Positions 14,307 to 27,454 of a stretch of 64,000 nt of DNA are shown piece after piece. Both the position numbers and the translations under genes were made by a program. Within the stretch, counting starts at the first letter, position 1. Every line of letters begins with the position of its first letter. The notes beneath the pieces were generated by a model. The model worked only from the letters and a program-made list of their open reading frames with translations. It made no database searches and had not been told where the DNA came from. This DNA comes from Octopus sinensis (Eukaryota): positions 158,782,001 to 158,846,000 of the forward strand of contig NC_042997.1 in the NCBI RefSeq assembly GCF_006345805.1. The letters run 5' to 3'.

Positions 14307-14448
14307 CTGAGGAAAAGTCGTCAGAATTCTGGGAAAAAATCTTTTTATTTCTTCATTGTTATTAGCGCTTTCCTTACGAACGAAAGCGCTAATAATAACG
14401 AAGAAATAATAAGATTTTTTCCAAAATTCTGACGACTTTTTATCTCAG
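14307..14448. mobile_element. 142-bp palindromic MITE / foldback element
   Basis: Arms 14307-14372 and 14382-14448 are near-perfect reverse complements (ctgag..aaaagtcgtcagaatt..gaaaaaatctt..atttcttc..ttattagcgctttc). The loop is 9 nt, and TA lies on both sides. Confidence 0.85.
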
Positions 14449-14646
14449 TATATATAAACTTAGATATGTTTCGACCAATGATTGGTCCAGGCCATGTCTA
14501 ACTTAATAGCACCACCTGATAGGATTATTTAAATCCTGTTTAAGTCAATTTTTGTAAATGGTCCATTCAAGTAGTGAGTTTTTTTGTTGGGTGAGTTGTA
14601 TCCAATTATGGGTGGCTTATCTGGTATTCCTTGAAGGAATCTATCC

Positions 14647-14712
<66 letters not shown>

Positions 14713-14747
14713 CATTTGTATGTATGTATGTATTATGTATATATATA

Positions 14748-14879
<132 letters not shown>

Positions 14880-15974
14880 GAATACTTGTATATTGATGAA
14901 ATGTTTGGTGTTGATTATAGTAAGATAAAATCATGATAATAACAATACATCTCATAGTTGTAAAATAAACCATTTTGAAACTACATATACATCAACAACA
15001 AAAAGCTACCTGCGGATTCGTAGCTCTATATGTCTTTGAAACACCGGTACGCTTTGTTTGTGGATAAAAACTTATGTCGGGCAAACGAATAAATATATGT
15101 TAATACTATTTCTTCCTTCTTGGCATGGATTCTTCGATGTTTACTGGTTTGTCAAATATGTTCAAAGTAAACCGTGTTCTGCGTTGGGCATTCCACCAGT
15201 ATACGAAATTTTATATTGTTTAGTTAAAAAACGAATTAATTAAAAAATCTACGAGCCAAACTGAACAGATCTAAGGCACAGAATTATATTTTAGAGAATC
15301 TTTAATAAAATATTACCGGTTTCGATGTACCCATTTTATCAAATATTAGAAATATTAGAAGCAATTTGGGGTGGGGGTGTAGTCGGAGAGAAAAACATTT
15401 TTTTTTGGTTGGGGGGAGGTTAACAGATTGTACCCAAATTTGAGTTCTTAATGAAATTTTGCTTTGTCAATCTCTTACAAATGTTTTGTCTATGTAGCTT
15501 TGGGTGGGGCTCAAGATTTCAAGTTTCAGGAAGTCTTTTGAATTCAATGGGAAGCTTCTTACTCATGGTTTAAGCCAGCTGTGTGTTCGGAATCTATTGT
15601 GAAAAGCATTTTTCTCTTTTTTCGTTATCTATTGAGGGAAAATAGTTGAATGTTTAAGGATGGTTATTCAGAGAACTAGGGTGGATTTATTTGCCATTTT
15701 GTTTTGCTCTGTGTGTGTGTGTCTGTGTTTTGTTTTGTCTCTGTGAATATGTGTGAGTGTGTATGTGTGCATGCATGTATGTTGTTTTTGGCCTTTTAGA
15801 AATGTTTTTATCTATTGTAATGGTTGTGCATGTGTGAGTGTTTTTGATTTTAGGGGGAATGCTGTGTGTACGTTATCGTGGCATGTATGTGCGTGACAGA
15901 TCTTTATATGTTGATTGCATGGATATTTCATTTCCACACACGTCAGCTGAATTCAATTCGTCCCCAGTCGAAAG

Positions 15975-16290
15975 ACACATGTTGTTATGTCCTGTTATTA
16001 TTATTTTTTTTCATTGTATTTTGTATTTATTTTTGTGTAACATCGTCTGTTTTTCCGTCCTTGTTTTCGTATACATTCGCTGGTTTCTTCCAAGGAATCT
16101 AATGCTCTTAGCTTAGTTTTTCTTTGGGGCTGACCAGATTGGAGCAATCTCAAGATTAATCAGCCGAAATTGCGAGGATGACCCGGTTCTTGACTGAGGA
16201 TCGGAAGCTTGTTTTCTTATATCGTCTATCTGGATGTTTTGTTGTCCCTTTTTGTATCATCTAGTTGTCCGGATGTTTTGCGTTCTTGTC
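15975..16290 (+). mobile_element. Short interspersed element ending in (TA)n (PLE-like, tentative)
   Basis: Homologous to the reverse-strand copy at 26884-27192 (ttcttccaaggaa..gctcttagcttagtttttc..ggggctg.ccagattggag..cttgtcccatttt). Confidence 0.7.
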
Positions 16291-16298
16291 CCATTTTG

Positions 16299-16350
<52 letters not shown>

Positions 16351-18220
16351 TATATGAACATTGTTTTCTAGAATTCAACGTTACAAATGTCCAAATTATT
16401 TCTCACGTTTAAGATTTCGCCAAACATTAAAAGAAGATATACTATCACTTTTGTTTGCAGGTATGTCGAGTAGTATGCTCTGAAAGAGATAGGAAAAGAA
16501 ATTTTCCTGAAAATATGTACCAGTAAAGAATTAGAAGTCACGTTAAAATTCTTAGAGAAAGTTTATATTATGTGTATGAGGTGGATAGTCACAGCATATA
16601 GATTAATTAATATTTGTGCAAATATGAATGATAATTCCGACCTTTAACGTTATTGGTGAGTTTCTGCCACCTTTCTTTAAGTATGCTAAAGTATTTTTAT
16701 GACTAATATTTAAGCAAAACTGTAGTGGAGTAGTGCCTATAGTAGGTTAATGGAGAATATTTTTGAATTGTTATTTTTACTTAAGTAAATCAATAATTTG
16801 AGTGTTAGATTCATAATTAAGAGGAGATAATTAAATGATGCCGATTTTGGTTTAATGGGAGAATATAAGCGCTAACATATGCATGCCTGCGAGCATTTAT
16901 ATAGATTCACACGTGATCTGGCATTCACATAAACGTATGTGCCAATATTTTATAGATATTTTATAGACTGACATACAATGAGAGTGAACCTAAAATATAA
17001 TAGGGAAAACTCTATTATATTAAAAAAAATTAGCCACAATATTTTATAAATAAAAATACAGTACAAATTCTAATAGTAGTGTCAGAATCACAAACATACG
17101 CATAACAAATTTTCATATGGAATTACGATGAACATAATGGGATGATAAGGACAGATCTATTAAACTCTACTAAACTCTTTGAATTCTAGACTAAAAGCTA
17201 TTTCATTATGTTTGTTGCATTCTTGTGCCTTTCTGGAAATTATATATTGCTCTGAGATCCATTGTTTCAATCCTAAAATTGTAGTTTTCCGATTTGTCAG
17301 GGTATTATGAATTATATAGCTTGTCCATATAATTAATAGCGGAATTGGGATCTTTAGTTGTACAATTTAACAACGTTCCCCGCTTGTGCTCTTGTAAAGT
17401 ACATAAGCAATAAGCATTCTCTTATGAGTGGTTCTCCACGAGATTGCACTTACGAATCTCCATCAAATTACTCTCGCTTCTTACAAAATGAAGGACAGTT
17501 ACTGATTGCATCAAGATCAGTAATGCCAACTTGATACAACTTGTCTTAAGACAAGGCAAGATGATTATGACTGGTGCCAGTTTTATCGTAATTTTGGTTA
17601 ATCGGGAGAAATTGTTGATGCTGATAACGACAATAACAGCAACAACAGCGACACTACCATAACACTGTAAAACTTGTGACATTATATTAATAAGTGTAAT
17701 GGAGTAATCTCTAAATTAGCCGGCACTTTTTAGCGACTGCTTTGATAGACAGATCGATTGCTAGATCGGAACTGAGATAAATTATGTTGAGATAAACTAT
17801 GATGGATCAACTGAAAGTATTCAAAATTATTTTGTTTATCTATTATAAATAAGAATTGCAAAATATAATGAGTGTTTATGTCTGATGCAGGGTAGGGGGA
17901 TGATAAAGAAAAAAAGAAAGAGAGGAAATGGTGCTGACTAGAAGAAAGAAAGGCAGGGAGAACGGTGGCGTTGATGTGAATAGAAGGATTGGTTATGTAT
18001 GGACAAGCGAATTTGAATATCTGGATCTGTGTAACATTACTAGATACAGGCTGGTTGGTGGGCGATTAAGTGTCTGTCTGGATGGCTAATTCCTATTTAT
18101 TCTGACAAAGCAAATTTACACACTCGCACAGGCACATGTATACATATACATAGATACATATACATAGATGCATAAATGCATACATACATACATACATACA
18201 TACATACATACATACATACA

Positions 18221-18252
<32 letters not shown>

Positions 18253-18315
18253 CACACATGCGGATGTGCATGTGTGAATTATATTTTCTGTCCGTGCGTG
18301 TGGATATATATGGTC

Positions 18316-18353
<38 letters not shown>

Positions 18354-20037
18354 ACATAGATATAAATATAAACACAAACTAATACATCGGAGTTAGTATG
18401 GATTTTTTTTCTTCTCCGTTTCTTCGCTTCTGTGTGGATGTGTATGAATATTATCTGTGTGCGTAAGCTGATAGAAAAATAATGTTAGAGGGTGATTGAC
18501 TGATTTATTGACAACAAATACTGACAGATGAACGACTGAATGGATAAAGGGATCAATAATAGAATCATAAACTTCCAATTGAATGAATGGGTAAACTAAA
18601 AAAGTTGGATAGGAAGAAAATCGATGCAAATTATTATTCATTCACTATTTGGATCAACTGACGCTATTTTTAGTTAGCTATCTGGATTTTTGTCCATGTG
18701 AAGAGAGGCTTCGCTGTATTGCTCAGGGAGGAATTCAAGGATTAGTTGAATAAAGAGTTTTTATATATTTGAAAAACATTTATAAAGTTTAGATTATCAT
18801 TAAGCTGTGTTCCTAGTGCTAGGTTTTCATTAAAAAAATAGCATCTTTAATTAGAATATGTGTGTTTCATATATCTTTTTTCATGTTTCTATCGATTCTC
18901 TATTGCCAACTTGAATCTCAGTTGCATAATTTTATAACATAAATGGTGTTATTGTTAATCAGCCTCAGAAGGTGATCAGTTTACAAAATCGTTAGCGCGT
19001 CGGAAAAAATACCATGCGGAATCTCTTTCAACTCATTACATTTTAATTTCATAACCTGCTGAGATCAACTTTGCTTTCATCCTTTCAAGTTATAGGGTTG
19101 GTGTAAGCGACTTACTCAACTCTTCCATTTCGTTGTCCTTGTGATAGAAATATCAAAGGAAAAAATTGTTATTTAGCATAAGTTTTTCCCTGATTGTGGA
19201 AACATTTGATCAAATAGATTCCAGACTTGCCAACTACGCCTTTCTTCCAGACATGGTCTATCTAGGACTATATTATCTAATATGCCCTTCCATTTGCAAT
19301 ATGATGATGCATAATTGAGAAAAATTTAGTTGCAATATCTTGGGAGGCTTAGCGTTCACATTGAAGCTTCTTTCTCGACTAGTTCTAATGTTAATTATTT
19401 AATGTGATATTCGATTTGTTTGCAGTAATCTTGCGCAAAATCTACCGTATGGTAATCAGAATAGTTTCAAACACGTTTTCTAGTACGGCGATCATTTAAG
19501 CTGAAAGGTCGATGTGCTTCAAAGATCACTGTAAGATCGCAAAGCAGAAACATTTGAGGAGCGGCCAAATCCACAATGTAAAGGAAAACTAATTATGTAT
19601 GTATGTATGTATGTATGTATATATGTATGTATGTACGTATATATATATGTATGTATGCATGTATGTAGATATATATATATTATATATATATATATATTAT
19701 ATATATATATATATGTATGTATGCATGCATGCATGTATGTATATATATATACGCAACCTGCAACCGCGCTCCTACACGCACTCGCACACAGACATGCGCC
19801 TATATGTATGTGTTCTGTGTGGGGGGTGTATATGTGTGCGCGTGTGTGTGTATGTATGCGCGTGTAAACGCATGCAGGCGCGTGTTTGCGGGCTGTGTGA
19901 CAATAACTAGACATATTTTATTCACAAACTCTCCTCGCAACTAAACTTTTATTAGAAAAAAAAAACAAAACCATTATAAAATCCATTTAAATGCATATTG
20001 GCATGTTTTCTCACTGTTTTTTTTGTTGCCTTTTCAG

Positions 20038-20264
20038 ACGGAAGCTCAGGTACACCAACACCGACATCAGCGGCTGCTGTACGTGACTTAGCCTTTTATT
20101 TTCCGCCTACTAAATCCGACTCGGATACTGGAGCTGAACGTGCTAGTCCAGCAGCGAAAGCGCCTGATATGAGCCCTTGTGTTTCCAAACTCCGGCAAAG
20201 AAGAGCTTCCATGCACGATGCTATTGATTATACGAAGATTGACACTAAACTCTACGACAAAATC
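20038..20264 (+). CDS. Internal coding exon (75 codons); product uncertain, possibly the linker of a synaptotagmin-like C2 protein
   Basis: Acceptor ttttttttgttgccttttcag|AC and donor AATC|GTAAGT. GC-richer, open frame (D)GSSGTPTPTSAAAVRDLAFYFPPTKSDSDTGAERASPAAKAPDMSPCVSKLRQRRASMHDAIDYTKIDTKLYDKI, phase 1 in and phase 0 out. The exon call is strong. The family call is a weak inference from the I-x-x-x-LY motif that precedes C2A in several synaptotagmins. Confidence 0.8.
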
Positions 20265-20384
20265 GTAAGTTAAGACAGTTACATCATCTACTTCTTTCCT
20301 TTCCAGTTTAAAATGATGAAAATATGTAACTTTATAATTAACCTTTTATATGCTTTTCAATATAAATATTAAAAAAAAAAGGAA

Positions 20385-21010
20385 TGCGTCGAGCTAGCAG
20401 AATCATCAGCACACATAGCAGCACTTCACCCGTCTTTACGTTCTGCGTTCAAATACCGCCGAGGTCAACTTTGCCTTTCAAAATTTCGGGTTTGATAAAA
20501 TAAATACCAATTTAACACACGGGTCAATATAACAGTCTTACCCTGCCCCGATATTGGGCCAAAATTAATTGGGCCAGTATTAATACAAATAATGAAGGCG
20601 GTGAGCAGTCAGAATCGTTAGCACACAGAGTAAAATGTCTAGCGGTATTTCGTCCGTCTTTACATTCTGAGTTCAAATTCCGCCGAGGTCAACTTTGTCT
20701 TTCATCCTTTCGGGATCGATAAATTAAGTACCAGTTACGCACTGAGGTCGATCTAATCGACTTAATCTCTTTGTCTGTCTTTGTTTGTCCCCTTTATGTT
20801 TAGCCCCTTGTGGGCAATAAAGAAATAAGGACTGTTAGCACGCCGGGCAAAATGCTTAGCGGTATTTCTTTACGCTCTGAGTTCAAATTCCGCCGAGGTC
20901 AACTTTACACTTCATCCTTTCGGGTTCGATGAAATAAGTACCAGCTAAATACTGAGGTTGATGTATTCGACCTACCCTTCACTATAAATTGCTGGCTCTG
21001 AGCAAAACTT
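20385..21010 (+). mobile_element. Head-to-tail cluster of family A SINEs
   Basis: Three consecutive ttctgagttcaaattccgccgaggtcaacttt cores. Confidence 0.85.
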
Positions 21011-21033
21011 TGAAAGCGATATTGATAAATAGG

Positions 21034-21428
21034 AGGCGTGGGAGTGGCTGTGTGGTAAGTAGTTTGCTTACCAACCACATGGTTCCGGGTTCAGTCTCAC
21101 TGTGTGGCACCTTGGGCAAGTGTCTACTATAGCCTCGGGCCGACCAAAGCCTTGTGAGTGGATTTGGTAGTCGGAAATTGAAAGAAGCCCGTCTTATATA
21201 TGCATGTGTGTGTATATGTTTGTGTCTGTGTTTGTTCCCCCAACATCGCTTAACAACCGATGCTGGTGTGTTTACGTCCCCGTAACTTAGTGGTTCGGAA
21301 AAGAGACCGATAGATTAAGTACAAGGCTTACAAACAAAAAGTCCTGGGGTCGATTTGCTCGACTAAAGGCGGTGCTCCAGCAGGGCCACAGTCACATGAC
21401 TGAAACGAGTAGAAGAGTAAAAGAGTAA
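21034..21428 (+). mobile_element. CORE-type tRNA-derived SINE (family B)
   Basis: A box TGGCTGTGTGG, B-box-like GGGTTCAGTC, CORE-like ggcaccttgggcaagtgtc (compare gtgaccttgggcaagtcac), and an (AAGAGTA)n tail. Confidence 0.85.
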
Positions 21429-21436
21429 AAAATATG

Positions 21437-21650
21437 AAGGCGGTGAGCTGACAGAATCATTAGCATACCGTGCAACATGTCATCAGCATTTCGTCTGTCT
21501 TCACGTCCTGAGTTCAAATTCCGCCCAAATCAATTTTATCTGTCATCCCTTTTGGGTTCGATGAAATAAGTACCAGTCGAACACTGTAGTCGATGTAATC
21601 AACTTAACCATTCCACGAAGTTGCTGGCCTTGTACTAAAATTTGAAATCT
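21437..21650 (+). mobile_element. Family A SINE, degenerate
   Basis: gaaggcggtgagctgacagaatcattagc head plus core. Confidence 0.8.
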
Positions 21651-21986
21651 CTATTAACAAAAATAAAGCTGTAAGGATATAAACGGCTTTCAAAACAAGT
21701 AGTAATCAATTACTGTGAAATATTAGAAATAGTGATTATATACTATGCTGATTATATGCAATATGGTTATTATGTACAATAATAACAAACTAACAAACTA
21801 ATTTACTCTTTCGCTTTTTTCCCCTTCTCTCTCTATCTCTCTCCCCTTTCTCTCTTTCCCTTTCTGTTTTCTCTGTTATTTTTTCTGTCTCTCTTCTCAT
21901 ATAAACAAATCCATATGTGTACGTCCACATGCTCTCTCTCTATATATATACATCGCCAGCGGGGATATATATATATATTTATATGC

Positions 21987-22047
<61 letters not shown>

Positions 22048-22053
22048 CACATC

Positions 22054-22090
<37 letters not shown>

Positions 22091-22910
22091 ATATACAGAG
22101 AGAGAGAGAGAAACGCATGTGCACATATATGTATATATACACACGTATTGATTATCGCTCGTTGGGCTAAAGAGATAGTTGTTTTAAGGACAGCTCGGCT
22201 AATATTGATTTATTAAGGATCTAAAACAATCCGAATATTCCTTTTGTTGTTCTAAATTTATCCAGTAATTTGAAGTGGATCTACTTTCCTGAAACATATT
22301 AATACTCTCATTCATAATTTTAACCCAATCACTGAGATATTTAACGAGACAAAGGGAGCTGTTAAACTGTGATTTCTTTTGCCTTGTGTATAATCAATAT
22401 CCATACAATCAGCAAGAAAATCTTCTAAAGATTTTGTCTATAAACTATTGAAGTGCTTCCAGCTAATGAATATATATTAACTGGAATATGTTTGTTGATT
22501 GATTTCATTGAACAACTAAATAAAAAATCGAATATTTTGTAATATCATGCAAACATGAGGTCCTTGAAAGAGATATATTGCAAAGTTTGTCTCCTAAAAC
22601 TATCTTTTTCGAATGTTGACAAAATTACGGCTCATTCCTATCATCCCCGAGAAAAATCCGGTATAACTTGTTCAGGGACCTTGAAGACTGCTATAATGCA
22701 AGAAAGTATACTAGTCCCTTAATATTTTATATTCAACATTTCAATAAGACAACATTTCAATAAGACAATCAATACTTCATTTCATTTTACTATATATATT
22801 ATTTATACTATATATTCTATATTCTACATTAATATTATAAAGAATATAAATAAAACGTAAAAAATAGAGTTGGAATTTCTTTGAATAATATATATATATA
22901 TATACGTATG

Positions 22911-22944
<34 letters not shown>

Positions 22945-22950
<6 letters not shown>

Positions 22951-23898
22951 CTGCACCCCGGCGTTGCCCGAGTGTTAAGACATACAGTCATATTGTCTGA
23001 TTTGTTCCTTTTTTATGGACAGAATCAGCACAGCTGTTATATAGTAAACTGGATTACTAGCATAATGGAAGCTATTGTTTGTTTAAAAGTGAAGTGAAAG
23101 AGGGTACAATTTGCATGGGGTTGTGCTTTCTGTTCTTAAGAAGGATCACAAACTATGTATTGTTTCATCGTATAAAAGCGGGTTAACACGATTTTGCTCA
23201 GAAATCACCTTACCCCGGAATTTCTTAATTTCTCACCTTGTTACGAATTGTTTTTTTTTCTATCCATGTACTAACATACAGAGATTACGAATCTGAGAAA
23301 TATATATTTTTTTAAAGTTTAATTTTTCTTCAAGTAACACCTAATACCTCTTCCCCCACCTTGTCCACCCATCACCTATCCGCTTTCAAAAAGTTGAAAA
23401 CACCCAATGTTTCACTTTCGTCATATGTTTCATGCATGCGTAGAATTGTACTGAAATAGCAGACGTAAAAAATATTAGAGTACCACTAGACAACCGGATA
23501 TGCTAGAAGCAACAGGTAAACGACATTATTTCTGAAGAACCTTCCCCGCTTTCCAAAAAGCTAAAAGGGAAACATTGGGAGGTTGTAGATTTTTTTAAGT
23601 GGTGAGGTGATGGATGGATGTTTGGAAAGGAGATTAAAGATTCATACTCTCTGTTTTTTTTCTCCGTGGATTACCAAGAAAAAAAATTCGAAAAAAGTAG
23701 AAAATGAAGAAATCGGGATGGGGAGGGATAAAACTGAAATATTGAGAACGTGTTTTGGGGGTGAAATCCTAATCTCTCGTATTGAAAACATACGAATTGG
23801 AGGAAATTTAAGGAAAACAATCAGGCGGGGTATGCAAATGTCACCTCGGACATGCTAGAAACAACATGTAAAGGACAGGATTTCTGTTATATTGTAGA
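22945..23898 (-). mobile_element. Non-autonomous Helitron
   Basis: On the minus strand, 5' A|TCTACAAT at 23898 and 3' hairpin ctcgggcaacgccggg followed by CTAG|T at 22948-22945. This is the canonical A/T insertion with no TSD. Confidence 0.65.
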
Positions 23899-24206
23899 TC
23901 ACGTTTTTAAATACACTCATCACTAATACTAATTACAGAATAGAAAAAGATGATTTCAATTGGATTTCAGCTGTAATTTTGCACGTGTACTTAGCAAGAA
24001 ATAACATAGTTCAAACAGAGGTTTTAGCTAGAGGGAGAGAGAGAGAGAGAGAGACTGAGAGAGAGAGAAAGTGTGTGTGTGTGTGTGCAAGTGCATGTGT
24101 GTGTGTGCGCACGTGTGTTTGTTTGTGCCAAAGGAAGTTATTTTATGGCATTCCTTCGTTTGAAGCAGGAAATTTATCAACCGATTATATGGGATCATAT
24201 GTCTGT

Positions 24207-25201
24207 TCGTTAATTTCTGTCAAAACTTTTTATTTCTTTATGCTTTGAAGGGAGTAGTAATTGAAAAAGAGTAGTAAGTGAAAAGGCGTCATTTGCTTTG
24301 AAGTGAGAGCAGAAAGCGAAAGATGCATGTGCGTGAATATGAATTGGATATGTGCGCGTGTATGTGCGTGTACGTGTGTAGGTGGGTGGGAGAGAGAGTG
24401 TGTGTGAGTAAAGGTTTGTGTTGTCATGTTTGTATATTTTGCATGTTTATGTAAGTGGCTCTCACTCGCGCGCGCTCTCTCTCTCTCTCTCATACGCACA
24501 CACACATTATATTTCATATACACGTACATAAATATATGCATAGATCTTTTTTTGTTTCTTTGTGTGCGTATGTATGCGAGAGAGAAAGTGAGTAACTGTA
24601 TTTTCTCATAACATATAGAGAAATGGATGTCTTTTAAGATACACACTCATATAGAAAATGTGACGTCGTTGTTATCGTGGTATAAAATGTCGTTTAGAAT
24701 GATTGAATTATAGAAAGATTATAATGTTAAAGTTTTGTAATGCAAATAGGTAGCTCAAAATAGTTTATTTGCTAGCCGAAAGATTATTGAATCTTTTGAT
24801 ACTCCATACGTCAAAACCGGCAACTCAGTTTCCGAATGTATTCGTTAATTTCTGTATTTTTTTTTTTATTTCTTCATGCTTTGAAGAGAGCAGAATTTCA
24901 AAGAGAAGAGAAGAGAAAGTGAAACCACAAAGAAAGGCAAAAGTGAAAGATGTATGTACATATATATGAAATGGACGTGTGTTTGTGTGTGTGCGTGACT
25001 ATGTGTGTGTGTGTGTGTGTGTACGTGCATATATGTGTGAGCGTGAGAGAGAGAGAGAGAGTGAGTGAAGGTATGTACTGTCATGTATGTGTGAGTGGCA
25101 CTCACTCGGTGTCACTCTCTGTCTCACACACACACATCTTTCTTATACACATACATAAATACATATGCATACATCTTTTTTGTATATATGTGTGCGTGTG
25201 C

Positions 25202-25240
<39 letters not shown>

Positions 25241-25490
25241 TGAGTGACTGTATTTCGTCATAACATATAGAGAAATGGATGTCTTCTAAGGTACACAATC
25301 ATATAGAAAATGTGACGTTGTCGTTGTTGTCATCGTGGTGTAACATATTTACGGTAGTTGACTTACAGAAAAGATTATAACGTAAAAGATTTGTAATGCA
25401 AATAGATAAATGAAAATAAAGTATATTTGATGGTCATAGCATTACTGAATCGTTTGATATCCGTTAAAATCGACAACTCAGTTTTCGAAT
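24207..25490. repeat. Old tandem duplication, period about 635 bp
   Basis: ttcgttaatttctgt..atgctttgaag at 24207 and 24841. gaaagtgagt.actgta..cataacatatagagaaatggatgtc..catatagaaaatgtgacgt at about 24583 and 25236. Confidence 0.85.
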
Positions 25491-25698
25491 GCATAATGAA
25501 GATACGCAGACACACATACGTACACACACAAACTCTCTTTTATATATATGGAAGTGTTCCTGTCTGTCGTTCTCTTTGTCTTCTCTCACATTCCCTGTGT
25601 GTCTGTTCCCTCCTGTCTCCTCCCCTTCCCTGATATCAGCCACCCTCACTATGCCACATTTCCCTGAACCTAACACTTTTGCCCCCCTCTCATTTTAT

Positions 25699-26569
25699 CA
25701 AAAGTAACCGGAAACGTTCTCTTTAAGATAAACCCGTTGTAGTTCGGGCTTCTACTGCTAAAAGCCACTTGATGAAACTCTCAGGCGTCAGTCTGCCGAC
25801 CGGCATCGTCCGGCCAGTTCGTACTGTCACGTGGTGCGTCTTTGTTTTTCAGTGCTTCTCTGGTGTTTGTCGATTTTGCGATGGCTGAAACGAAGGAACA
25901 GCGTGCTTCCATGAATTTTTTTCTGCTGGGGTAAACAGCGGCCAAAACAGTCGTCATGCTTCAAAAAGTTTACAGAGACGCTGCCATGAGAAGAACAGAA
26001 TTATACGAGTGGTCTCCACGCTTTAGGAATTGTCACATTGCGCTTGAAGATTAATCTCATTCAGGATCACTGTCGAACTACCGAACGAATGAAAGCCTCA
26101 TGAAAATTCATGAAGACTGCCACCGAACAATTGACGAACTTGTTGATATGATTGGTGTGTCCTGAAGCTCTTGCCAACGAATTTTGAGTGAGGAATTACT
26201 AATGAAAAGGGTTGCAGCAAAATTTGTGCTTTGCCTGCTCACCGAAGATGAAACGCAGTCATGATTGAATGCGCATCATGAACTGAAAGAACAGTTGGAA
26301 GTTGATTCGGACATTTTTTCGAAGGTTATCACTGGTGGCGAAAGCTGGTGCTACGGAGTTTGCAGCTATGGAAGAAGTGGAAAAAGAAAAAAAAAGACGG
26401 TGACATTAAAAGCACCATTTCACAAGAGTTCCAGCACTCCTTCGAAATGTGCAAACGCGCCTGGGGCGATACATTGCTTCAAATGGAAAATACTGTGAAG
26501 GCGATAAAAGTGTAATCCTGCAAAACTAAGGGAATATTGCAACATTCCGGGTTCTTTTGGGTGCCCCCT

Positions 26570-26574
<5 letters not shown>
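25699..26574 (+). mobile_element. Internally deleted mariner transposon relic
   Basis: Frameshifted MAETKEQRAS..LLG*TAAKTVVMLQKVY..LYEW..RF (HTH), MKRVAAKFV.CLLT and KVITGGESWCYG (first D site), then a jump to ..GRYIASNGKYCEGDK. The right TIR is ccgggttcttttgggtgccccc and the left TIR is degenerate. Confidence 0.85.
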
Positions 26575-26624
<50 letters not shown>

Positions 26625-26883
26625 ACCTTCGAACGCGGAGTAGATAAAACAGAGGACAACTGATGAAGGGAGTGTTTTCTGTGTTGCCTGTCTCGTTTCT
26701 CTATTTGTTTCTTTCATTGTTCGAAAAAAGTTCGTCTATTATGTTTTTTATATTCTCGTTTCTCTTTCTTTCACGTTTTTATGGTCTGTATGTATGTATA
26801 TATACATATATTTAAGTATATTCATATATATGTACATATATGTATGTATATATGCATATGTTCATATATTATTTACATATATG

Positions 26884-27192
26884 TGTATGTTTATACAAAA
26901 ATGGGACAAGAACACAAAATATCCAGACAGATTATACAAAAAAGGGACAAGAAAAAAACAAGGACGGGTCATTCGGAGGTTTTTTTCCTCAGTCGAGTTC
27001 TAGATCATCTTTGCAAATTTCGGCTGGTTATACTCGAGATTACTCCAATCTGGCCAGCCCCAAGGAAAAACTAAGCTAAGAGCACTAGTTTCCTTGGAAG
27101 AAAGCAGCAAATGTATACGAAAACAAGGACAGAAATAAACGGAGAAATGGTACACAAATACAAATGCAAATAACAGGACATTAACAACAGGT
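26884..27192 (-). mobile_element. Second copy of the 15975-16290 element
   Basis: Reverse-complement homology. It abuts (TA)n at 27195. Confidence 0.7.
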
Positions 27193-27262
<70 letters not shown>

Positions 27263-27454
27263 ATGTGTGTGTGCATGTATGTATATGTACTTATGTATGT
27301 ATGCATACACACACACATATATATCTGTATTTACATATATATATATCGCAGGTGAGCTGCATAACCTAGTCAGCTATTTTTTGTTTGTTCTGGTTAGGTC
27401 CGAAGCCAGACGCTGTACTTGTGACATTCAGGGAATCTCCTAAACCGATGAGTT

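Noticed and set aside
14455-14545. Minus-strand GACC..GGTC-GAAACATATC hammerhead-like half
   Set aside because: The CUGANGA box is absent and helix III is mismatched. At most a PLE relic.
26620-27010. CTGATGAAGGG (about 26660) and minus-strand CTGAGGA..TCCGAAT..GTC (about 26960-26995) as hammerheads
   Set aside because: Helix II and GAAA cannot be assembled in register, and helix I does not pair.
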